DNA from: a virus
Taxonomy: Duplodnaviria > Heunggongvirae > Uroviricota > Caudoviricetes
IMG/VR virus record: IMGVR_UViG_3300037466_002980
Location: 160,001 to 224,000 of that record
Length of the DNA: 64,000 bases
Strand: one strand, 5' to 3'
Below are positions 55,123 to 64,000 of this stretch, in pieces; position 1 is the stretch's first letter, and each line of letters opens with the position of its first letter. The notes beneath the pieces are model-generated. The model had not been told where the DNA came from and did no database searches. It saw only the letters and a list, made by a program, of their open reading frames with translations. The position numbers were made by a program, and so were the translations under genes.

Positions 55123-58100
55123 TGTCGGAAAGCCTTCGTCAAAGTAACCTATTTGCGGCCGAGGATTATAAGAAAGTATTCAAGGCCTTTTCTTTTATCG
55201 ATTATACTGCATATGATTTTGATAGCCTTAAACAGGCGTTAATGAATTATATTCAAACATATTATCCAGAAGATTTCAACGATTATGTTGAAAGCTCGGA
55301 ATTTATTGCTATTATTGAATTGTTGGCATATTTTGGTACAAGTCTAGCATTCAGAACAGATTTAAATAGTCGCGAAAACTTTATTGATACTGCAGAAAGA
55401 AGAGAAAGTATCATTCGTCTGGCACAGATGGTAAATTATGTTCCAAGACGAAATGTTGCCGCAAGTGGATTGATGAAAATTTCAGCTGTTCAGACAGATC
55501 AAGTTTTAATCGATGCTAACGGCACAAACCTCAATGGAACAACAGTTTTCTGGAATGATCCAAATAATCCAGATTGGTTCGATCAGTTTATTCAAATTTG
55601 TAATTCTGCATTTAGCACTTTGAATCCATTTGGTAAACCAACCAAGAGTGGAACAATTGGTAGTATTCCAACCGATTTATATCAATTAAATAACGTTCTT
55701 AGACTAAATGTTACCTATCCTGTTTCTATTACAATAAACGGACAGACATATCCAATTGATGTCTGTAATCCAGATTTTATCACCAATCAAACTATATTTG
55801 AAAGAGATCCAGATCCATCAAATTCCTTTAATTTTATCTATAGAAACGATAGCTTAGGTGTTGCATCTGAAAATACCGGATTTTTTCTTTATTTTAAACA
55901 AGGAAATCTTGTTAATGTGGATTCTAATTTCGAATTTCCTGTTCCAAATAGATTATTCCCAATTGATATTCAAAATATTAACCAAGACGATGTTTATGTT
56001 CAAGAAACTGATCAAGATGGTAACGTTTTAAACAAATGGGTTAAGGTTCCTGCATTGTCAGGTGAAAATATTATTTACAATAGCATCCAATTTGGAATTC
56101 GTAATATTTTTGATGTAATTTCCGGTGCTAATGATACAGTTACCATTCGATTTGCAGATGGCAATTTCGGTAATGTCCCGACCGGTTTGTTTAGAACATG
56201 GGTAAGAATAAGTGCCAATCAATCGTTAATTATACGTCCAACTGATGCACAGGGATTAACAATAACAATTCCATATATTGGTGTAGATCAACAACAATAT
56301 AACCTAAAGATTACATTTAATCTTGAACAAACAATTGGAAATGCAGCTGCGTCCGAAACAATTGATCAAATTAAATTAAGAGCTCCGGAAGTTTTCTCTA
56401 CTCAATCTAGAATGGTCAACGGTAGTGATTATAATGTTCTACCTTTAATTTATGGTAATCAAATTTCTAAGATTCAAGCAATTAATAGAACATTCAGTGG
56501 ACAGAGTAGATATATCGACTTAAATGATCCCACCGGATTCCACAGAGACTTAATTATTTTCGGCGAAGACGGTGCATTATATCGAGACAACGATAATGTA
56601 TTAGAAGAAATAGTCGAAAATTCTTCTAATTCAGAAACAATCGAACAGATCCTAATTGATGCCATACAAAATATGTTACAAAATCCTAACGTAACATCAT
56701 TCTTCTATGATTCGTATCTTCCGGGATTTGAATCTACCATAAAGGTTAATCCACCCGGAACTGGAAGATCATTACTCAATTTAGTTCCGACAATTGGAGA
56801 TCCTTCGGAACCATTATATTGGAGAACTAGTCCATCTAAATTTAAGAATGATACTGGATATTTTGTTAACTCTACTAGTCCGACCGCACCGGCTGCTCCG
56901 TTAATTAACACTCTTAGTACCAATAACGTAAATGGTGATCTATACCAACCATGGGCATTTATTAGAAGCGGATCAGTGGTCCAATTTGCATTAAATTCGA
57001 CAGATACAGCAACATTAAATTCTGTTTCTGTAGATAATGTTATTCAGTCAGGACAGGTAGTGAATGTGAATATTAATAATCCTTTTGCTAATATAGGTCC
57101 AGTTGAATTAAGTGATCCAGAACAGAATAACTATCAGGCCGTGCATGTCTATCCGACATTTAGAAATATTTTAAATAATACAGAAATTGCCGAAATAGTT
57201 ACTACTATTCAGAATGGTATTTCATTCTATATGTATTACGATTTATTATCCGATGAATGGCATACTTCGACTGCCGCAACACCAGGAATTTCAAATCAAG
57301 CTGATCAACCATTTGTGTATCCTCCTGCAATTGTAAATGCTGGTATTCCAGAAATTTATTCCGATTGGTCAATTCACCCAGATAGTGGAATTTTATATGC
57401 GAGTATATCAACGATCGGAGGAATTACTACATATGATTTAACCGCACGTGGAAGAACATATGTGTTTGAATCATACAGAGATGTTCGTTTCTATTGGGAA
57501 CCAAACCAGGTCATTATTGATAATGTATCTGGACAGGCGTTGAAAGATACAATCGAAATTATGCCTTTTGTGAATACAAATGATACCATTGATAACAACG
57601 AACCTGTGATTTCTGATCCAACACAGGCTTATTTAGAAACCGAAATTTCCTTCAACATATCTGGAGTATTCACTCAAGATGACGGTTATGTAGATAATTC
57701 AAAGGTACAAGTTTCATTACTTGATTCTAATAACGACGGAATACCAGACGATCCCACAGGATTTTCCAAAATCGTTTCTGATACAGATAGAGTGGTATTT
57801 GAATTCTATACAAATGAAATTACTGGATATCAATCAACACGACCTTGGATTTCAACTTGGGGTATAAACCTACAAAATGTTTCTACAACACTATATGTTT
57901 ATTTTCCAGTATTGAATCCAACAGTTGGAACAGATACAACTTTATATAATGCACCATTTATAGCAAACGTTCAATTCAATCCTACTACACAGAATGCATA
58001 TATTTTAAATCCTGCATCTTATAGTGCGGTAGGATATGAATTTACAGAATTAGATACAAATGATTTAATTTTTATCTATCAACTATCACAATTAAAATTT

Positions 58101-59048
58101 GATTCTGTAACACCTGGCACGGTAACAATTGCTAATCAGGTGTCTGCATTCTTTAATAACGATACAACTACCTTTCCATGGTTAATGGGAACAGCTAATG
58201 TCGTGAATAAATCCGACATTGTTACAACATATTTCTACGATAAGGTTTTTCTTCTTTCTTCTATTAGTCCTCCGGGATTTGGAGTGTATTACACTTTATA
58301 TTCTACAACAACCAGTAATCTTCTAGCTTACCCAAGCGGACAAATTGCTAAAGAAAACTTAGATACAACACATTTCGATAAAAATGGCAAGGTATTCACA
58401 CAAAATGAAACAATTGCATTAGACAGTAGATTACCATTGTATTTTAAATGGAGCCATTATAGTCCAATTGATCAACGCATAGATCCGTCTGCTTCTAATA
58501 TTGTCGATATGATTGTTATTACAGATAGCTATTATAGAGATATGGTAATTTGGAAAAATAGTGGTGGCACAACACTTACAAAGCCAGTGCCGCCAACTAC
58601 TGAAGAATTAAGAATTCAATTCCAAGCTCTTGATCAATATAAGATGCTAAGTGATAATATGATTTGGAATTCGGGTAGTTTTAAAATCCTATTTGGACCA
58701 CAAGCACCAACTGAATTACAAGCAACATTTAAGGTTGTTAAGGCACCGTCGACCAGCATCAGTGACAATGAAGTTAAGACAAGAGTAATTCAAGCAATTG
58801 ATGCTTATTTCGATATTAGAAATTGGGACTTTGGAGAGAAATTTTTCTACACAGAACTAGCAGCATTCATACACCAACAGCTTTCTAGAATTATCAGTTC
58901 TGTAGTTATTGTTCCTAATAATGCTAGTTCACAATTTGGTGATTTATTTGAAATTATTGCAGGACCGACAGAATTATTCATGTCTACAGCAACAGTAAAT
59001 AATGTTCAAATTATTGCAAACCTAACAAATCAAAATTTAAGAATTTAA
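55122..59048 (+). CDS. Baseplate wedge gp6-like
   Basis: DFD.LK, DFNDY.ESS, ENF..TA.RR.S, FADG.FG..P, RMV...DY. Confidence 0.85.
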   Translation: MSESLRQSNLFAAEDYKKVFKAFSFIDYTAYDFDSLKQALMNYIQTYYPEDFNDYVESSEFIAIIELLAYFGTSLAFRTDLNSRENFIDTAERRESIIRLAQMVNYVPRRNVAASGLMKISAVQTDQVLIDANGTNLNGTTVFWNDPNNPDWFDQFIQICNSAFSTLNPFGKPTKSGTIGSIPTDLYQLNNVLRLNVTYPVSITINGQTYPIDVCNPDFITNQTIFERDPDPSNSFNFIYRNDSLGVASENTGFFLYFKQGNLVNVDSNFEFPVPNRLFPIDIQNINQDDVYVQETDQDGNVLNKWVKVPALSGENIIYNSIQFGIRNIFDVISGANDTVTIRFADGNFGNVPTGLFRTWVRISANQSLIIRPTDAQGLTITIPYIGVDQQQYNLKITFNLEQTIGNAAASETIDQIKLRAPEVFSTQSRMVNGSDYNVLPLIYGNQISKIQAINRTFSGQSRYIDLNDPTGFHRDLIIFGEDGALYRDNDNVLEEIVENSSNSETIEQILIDAIQNMLQNPNVTSFFYDSYLPGFESTIKVNPPGTGRSLLNLVPTIGDPSEPLYWRTSPSKFKNDTGYFVNSTSPTAPAAPLINTLSTNNVNGDLYQPWAFIRSGSVVQFALNSTDTATLNSVSVDNVIQSGQVVNVNINNPFANIGPVELSDPEQNNYQAVHVYPTFRNILNNTEIAEIVTTIQNGISFYMYYDLLSDEWHTSTAATPGISNQADQPFVYPPAIVNAGIPEIYSDWSIHPDSGILYASISTIGGITTYDLTARGRTYVFESYRDVRFYWEPNQVIIDNVSGQALKDTIEIMPFVNTNDTIDNNEPVISDPTQAYLETEISFNISGVFTQDDGYVDNSKVQVSLLDSNNDGIPDDPTGFSKIVSDTDRVVFEFYTNEITGYQSTRPWISTWGINLQNVSTTLYVYFPVLNPTVGTDTTLYNAPFIANVQFNPTTQNAYILNPASYSAVGYEFTELDTNDLIFIYQLSQLKFDSVTPGTVTIANQVSAFFNNDTTTFPWLMGTANVVNKSDIVTTYFYDKVFLLSSISPPGFGVYYTLYSTTTSNLLAYPSGQIAKENLDTTHFDKNGKVFTQNETIALDSRLPLYFKWSHYSPIDQRIDPSASNIVDMIVITDSYYRDMVIWKNSGGTTLTKPVPPTTEELRIQFQALDQYKMLSDNMIWNSGSFKILFGPQAPTELQATFKVVKAPSTSISDNEVKTRVIQAIDAYFDIRNWDFGEKFFYTELAAFIHQQLSRIISSVVIVPNNASSQFGDLFEIIAGPTELFMSTATVNNVQIIANLTNQNLRI

Positions 59049-59054
59049 AAGATT

Positions 59055-62000
59055 ATGGCGAATTATATAAATCGTTTACCTGCAGTATTTCAGACCACGA
59101 CTGAAAAGAAATTTTTTGATGCTACTTTTGATCAAGTCTTTTCAAAGAAAGATAGTGATTTATTAGCGGGATATCTCGGAAGAAGAGATCCTGGCGAATA
59201 TAATCCTATTTCTGATTTCTACATACCAGAACCAACTAAAAATAGAACTTGGTGGCAATTAGAATCAACTGCATATTCTCTTGATACTTCGGGAAATAAA
59301 TCAAATATCTTTTTCTATGAAGATCTATTGAATAAAATTCAATCCCTTGGTGGAAATATTCTAAACCAAGATAGATTATTTGAATCTAAGTTTTATAGTT
59401 TCGGTCCTCCAATCGATTATGATATGTTTATTAACTATCAAAATTATTATTGGATAGATCAATATCTTCCAACAATTGAAATTACTGGGGTAACTGCTTC
59501 GTCGATTATTGGACAACCAATATTTACTACACCGAATACTGCAACACCTCCGGGATTAACATTATCGACAGGAATGGTAATTTCGTTGCTCGATGACCCC
59601 GATTATTCTTCGCCACACCTTGTAGAAAACTTCGGTGGTTGCACTGGAATTCAGTTAGTACCTAAATTTCCAGATTTCATTGCAGGAACTATCTTTGAAA
59701 ATCTACCATGGGACGGAGAGATCGAACTCTCTACTGGAAGAATTATCGATAATAGATTCTGGGATGCAACTACCTGGGATACAGAAACACAGCCAGGAAC
59801 AGGAGATTATATCACCATTGAACGTGGTGCACGAGATAGAAATGCATGGTCAAGAACTAATAAATGGTTCCATATTGATGTAATCAATAAAGTATCAGAA
59901 TTAACCGGAACTTCGTTTCCATCGAATGCAACAAGAGCTCTTCGACCAATTATTCAGTTTATCGCTGATTTAGTTTTATATAAATCTGGAACTCAATTTA
60001 GAGATGAAATTGATTACGGTTTCAGAGATAACGGAATCGGCAATCCTTTATTGTTTACTGATTTTAATGGAAAATTAGCTGCAACATTAAACAGCACCTA
60101 TGGTATTAATATTGTCAATGGAACTTCGGTTGTATTTTTCAACGATACAACACAGATTACCGAAGATATACATCCATGGGATACCTTTAATTGGGACACT
60201 GTTTCCTGGGATTCTGGTAATATTGAAACTATAAATCAATTTATTTTTATTGCTTCAATTGATAATAGCGGATTTGTTACATTTTCTCCAAAGACATCTT
60301 ATCTAACACCTATCGTTGAAGGCGATATTGTTTTTATTGATGCAGACGCACCGTATAATGGTGCATTAAGAGGCGAAACATGGTATTACAGTAATGGTAC
60401 ATGGCAAGAAGCATTCAACGATAAAATTTCTATAAATCAACCACCGTTGTTCCAATTGTATGATCATAATAGTATTCCTTTAGATGATTCTACTGCTTAT
60501 CCCGGAAGTAATTTTGAAGGTAATAAAATATTTTCATATAAGGTAGATACAACTCCTGGCGCTACAGTTGATCCTGTTTTAGGATTTCCTATTATCTATA
60601 CATCTTTAGGACAATCGTCAGATATTATTTTTCAAAATAATTTGATTACTGATAGATATATCTATAACAATTTTAAAAATATAGATGGTTACTATTACTA
60701 CAAGAAATCTACTAAACCGGTTCTTTATAATAGTTGGAACTTATATGATTTATGTGATTGTCCTACAATTATTCCAACACCACCATGTAACTGTATCGAA
60801 ACAAGTAAACAGCGAGTTATTGACAAATATGTTGTGGGTTTTGGATCGCAATATCAATTTAAATTGAGTGCAACACCTGTTGGATATCCTGGAACTTCAA
60901 CGCATTCTCCTGATATCATTGTAATTGTTAATGGCATCGAAGTTAAGAGTTCTTCCGAACAAACAGATGGTTATGGATTTGTGGTAGTCAATGATACTGT
61001 TTATGTTGACCTAAGTATATATCTAACCAATTTATTACTTACACAGCAGAAACAACCACCTGTTGTTGAAATCCAAACATATACACGTGATGAATTAGAT
61101 CCAGCTGCAAGCGGTTATTTTCAGATCCCACAACAACTAGAAGCAAATCCGTCTCAATTAGAAGTTGCTGAAATCAGCGGCAGTAATTTGATTCAACACT
61201 TTACTTCGATAATCTCTAATCAAATTGGATTCACCGGAACTGCTTTTGGTGGAAGCAATAATTATCGAGATTCGAGAAAAAATAGATCCATCGGATCTTA
61301 CATTCTTCAGAATGTAGCACCAATTTTAAAATCAATGCTTGTATCTTCAACTGACGATTTAGATTTCATCACAGCTGAGCGTTTTAGTCAGGATGAATAT
61401 ACAAAATTTAAAAACAAATATATTTCTACCTCGGCACAACTAATTAATCAAAGCTTTAATCCAGTTCAATATCATACTAATTCTATTTCGATAACATATT
61501 GGGTAGATGAAATTATTAAGAGATTGAATATTTCGAAAGAATTTTCGGATGCATTTGCATATTCTTATATGATTGCAACCGGAACCCCCACCTTTACAGA
61601 ATCTCATACTGTAGCCGGAAACTCCACTGTTCTACTTGATAATTATATCGATTTATCCGATCCGAAGAATATTCTATATGTCTACGAAGATAATGGTTCT
61701 ACTACAGAATTACTTGTTATCGGTCAAGATTATGATATTATTTCTACAAACTTATCAATTGAAGTTGAATTAAAGAAAGGATCGTCTGTTGGTACATTTG
61801 TGTTTTATTTGTATCAAAATCCATTACCGACATATATTCCATCAACACCGACTAAATTAGGGTTGTATAATGCATACATTCCGAGAAAAGAACTAGATAC
61901 ATCATATGCTATTCCTACATATGTTATTATTGGACACGATGGTTCTAAAACTATTGCATATGGCGATTATAGGGACGAGTTATTACTTGATTTAGAAATA

Positions 62001-64000
62001 CGAATTTACAATAATATTCAAGAAACATTTAGAAATGAATATGTTCCTTCGGCTAGTTTAGTAACAGTCAAATCTGGTTATTTCAGAAAAACTCGTTATT
62101 CAGTAAATGATTATTTAGATATTACAGAATCTTATCTAAATAAATGGTCCGCTAAGAATAGAGTAAATTACAGAATTAATGACTGGCCTACAGCAAGTAC
62201 GGTCACACCAGTCAATGAACTTTGGAAACTCTATAACTATAGAAATGCGGTCGATACCTATGGCAATTCCCTAAACCTACCAGGAAACTGGAAGGGAATC
62301 TATCAATTCTATTATGATACCTATAATCCAAATACACGTCCTTGGGAAATGCTTGGATTCAGTGAACAACCATCATGGTGGATTGTTGAATACGGAGTTC
62401 CAACGATAAATGGATTAGGGGAATTATCGTGGACATCTACAAGTGCTGGATTACACCAAATGTGGCAGGACCTCGAAGATGGAATTATTCGACAAGGACC
62501 ACGTGCTGTATATGATCCGATAACATTAAACCCAGTCTCTATTCATGAATACGCTAGACCAGGACTTTTATCAATAATTCCAGTTGATGCATCTGGTAAT
62601 CTTATTCCAGTTCCTACATTATTCAATGTAGCAATGTCTGGAAATAATTATGCACCATTTGATGGATTTGATGAAGATTGGATTTATGGTGATGGCGGAC
62701 CTGTTGAACAGGCATGGATGAGTACATCTGGTTATGCCTTCAGTGTACAAGAATTTATTTTCCTAACAAGACCGGGTCCTTTTGGAGAATATAGTTGGGA
62801 TACACTCGGAACAAGTGTATCTCCTGGTACGTTTACTATTCCCGGAATCGAAGGACCGGTACAATCATTATTGAATTGGCAATATGTTCAAAATGATTTA
62901 TATTCCAGTACTGATACATTCTTCGCATGGATGAGACCAAAGAATAAAGATCAAAATGTGCATGCCGAGACAATCGACGGTATTATTCAAGTTCGTTTCG
63001 GATATCAAGCATGGATTAGCGATAGACTATTATTCCTTGGAAAAGATATAACTGATAATTTTGGTCAGAAAGTTAGAACATTAGATGTTAACCTGGCAAA
63101 CAAATTAGCTGGATTTACAAATAAAGACACCACAACCAATTATATCGAATCTGTAACTCCGGGTGCAACCACAAATACCTTAGCAATTCCATCAATTGAT
63201 TTCCAGGTTATTTTACACAAAGGACCACCAGTAAAAACCTATGCATATAGCGGGGTAATTATTCGTGCATTATCTGATGGAGCATTTGCAGTATATGGTT
63301 ATGATCTTTTGAATTCTGAATTTATAATTCAGGATCGAAGTAATAATCAATTAATTGATGTTACTGTTGGTGCAACACCAGCTGAATTTAGATATTTCAA
63401 TGTTGGTGATACCTATAATGTCGGTGATATTGTTAGATACAATGGTGTTTATTATCAAAGTTTAATAACCCAAACAGTGACTTCTTTTGTATCAACAAAC
63501 TGGAAAAAATTACCTGGATTACCAAATATCGGTGGTATATCAGTAAGCTATAAGCCAATTTCAGCTTCGACTACAACTAAGATTCCTTACGGCTATGTAA
63601 TGTCTACGGTACAAGAAGTTTTTGATTTCTTGATCGGTTGGGGTGCATGGCTCGAATCTCAAGGCTGGCAGTTTGAAAATGTAAATCAAGACACCGCACA
63701 GGTTGAAGATTGGTTGTTTTCTGCAAAACAATTCTTATTCTGGTTAAATTCAAGTTGGGCACCCGATGCATCTATTCAGTTAAGTCCGATTGCCAATTCT
63801 GCTACATTAATTGTAGATACCGGATATCCAGATGATGTAGAAACCTTAAATAATGGTGTATATAGTATTCTAGACAAATATGGAGTAGCAATAGCTCCTA
63901 ATAATACAACAATAGATCGAGATGGAAAGAGTATCACTGTTTCTCCAAATGATGTATCTGTTGGTGGAATCTATTTCTTACAGGTAACCGCCTCCGAAAC
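59055..64000 (+). CDS. Very large baseplate/virion protein, 3'-truncated (not in ORF track)
   Basis: MANYINRLPAVFQT.TEKKFF.ATFDQ...; appears open to window end (spot-checked only). Confidence 0.75.
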   Translation, partial: MANYINRLPAVFQTTTEKKFFDATFDQVFSKKDSDLLAGYLGRRDPGEYNPISDFYIPEPTKNRTWWQLESTAYSLDTSGNKSNIFFYEDLLNKIQSLGGNILNQDRLFESKFYSFGPPIDYDMFINYQNYYWIDQYLPTIEITGVTASSIIGQPIFTTPNTATPPGLTLSTGMVISLLDDPDYSSPHLVENFGGCTGIQLVPKFPDFIAGTIFENLPWDGEIELSTGRIIDNRFWDATTWDTETQPGTGDYITIERGARDRNAWSRTNKWFHIDVINKVSELTGTSFPSNATRALRPIIQFIADLVLYKSGTQFRDEIDYGFRDNGIGNPLLFTDFNGKLAATLNSTYGINIVNGTSVVFFNDTTQITEDIHPWDTFNWDTVSWDSGNIETINQFIFIASIDNSGFVTFSPKTSYLTPIVEGDIVFIDADAPYNGALRGETWYYSNGTWQEAFNDKISINQPPLFQLYDHNSIPLDDSTAYPGSNFEGNKIFSYKVDTTPGATVDPVLGFPIIYTSLGQSSDIIFQNNLITDRYIYNNFKNIDGYYYYKKSTKPVLYNSWNLYDLCDCPTIIPTPPCNCIETSKQRVIDKYVVGFGSQYQFKLSATPVGYPGTSTHSPDIIVIVNGIEVKSSSEQTDGYGFVVVNDTVYVDLSIYLTNLLLTQQKQPPVVEIQTYTRDELDPAASGYFQIPQQLEANPSQLEVAEISGSNLIQHFTSIISNQIGFTGTAFGGSNNYRDSRKNRSIGSYILQNVAPILKSMLVSSTDDLDFITAERFSQDEYTKFKNKYISTSAQLINQSFNPVQYHTNSISITYWVDEIIKRLNISKEFSDAFAYSYMIATGTPTFTESHTVAGNSTVLLDNYIDLSDPKNILYVYEDNGSTTELLVIGQDYDIISTNLSIEVELKKGSSVGTFVFYLYQNPLPTYIPSTPTKLGLYNAYIPRKELDTSYAIPTYVIIGHDGSKTIAYGDYRDELLLDLEIRIYNNIQETFRNEYVPSASLVTVKSGYFRKTRYSVNDYLDITESYLNKWSAKNRVNYRINDWPTASTVTPVNELWKLYNYRNAVDTYGNSLNLPGNWKGIYQFYYDTYNPNTRPWEMLGFSEQPSWWIVEYGVPTINGLGELSWTSTSAGLHQMWQDLEDGIIRQGPRAVYDPITLNPVSIHEYARPGLLSIIPVDASGNLIPVPTLFNVAMSGNNYAPFDGFDEDWIYGDGGPVEQAWMSTSGYAFSVQEFIFLTRPGPFGEYSWDTLGTSVSPGTFTIPGIEGPVQSLLNWQYVQNDLYSSTDTFFAWMRPKNKDQNVHAETIDGIIQVRFGYQAWISDRLLFLGKDITDNFGQKVRTLDVNLANKLAGFTNKDTTTNYIESVTPGATTNTLAIPSIDFQVILHKGPPVKTYAYSGVIIRALSDGAFAVYGYDLLNSEFIIQDRSNNQLIDVTVGATPAEFRYFNVGDTYNVGDIVRYNGVYYQSLITQTVTSFVSTNWKKLPGLPNIGGISVSYKPISASTTTKIPYGYVMSTVQEVFDFLIGWGAWLESQGWQFENVNQDTAQVEDWLFSAKQFLFWLNSSWAPDASIQLSPIANSATLIVDTGYPDDVETLNNGVYSILDKYGVAIAPNNTTIDRDGKSITVSPNDVSVGGIYFLQVTASE

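Noticed and set aside
59680-60867. Two short plus-strand track ORFs
   Set aside because: Off-frame within the long truncated gene starting at 59055

Overview
An AT-rich 64 kb segment of a large T4-like (jumbo) myophage genome. It uses the standard genetic code, and the host is probably a Gram-negative proteobacterium (spanins, sigma70 promoters, ALAA-ending tmRNA tag). Bases ~19.7-64 kb hold the virion module (neck, tail terminator, fibres, capsid, scaffold, protease, portal, tape measure-like, baseplate) plus gp46/gp47, gp55 sigma, ClpS, QueC-like, resolvase and lysins. Bases ~0.45-19.4 kb form a minus-strand translation-support region with ~29 tRNAs covering all 20 amino acids, several aberrant tRNA-like RNAs, a GOLLD-like RNA, a family of CAGCAA-stem permuted tRNA mimics carrying anticodon loops, a release factor split by an in-frame UGA, and a circularly permuted two-piece tmRNA whose spacer encodes a protein. 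The best candidate for a new system lies at the head of the tRNA array: an unannotated 49-codon leader peptide containing all 20 amino acids within its first 35 codons, overlapping a terminator/antiterminator switch. This looks like a ribosome-coupled attenuator that would turn on phage tRNAs when any host aminoacyl-tRNA fails. All calls were made by eye; family names are motif-based and need HMM/covariance-model confirmation.
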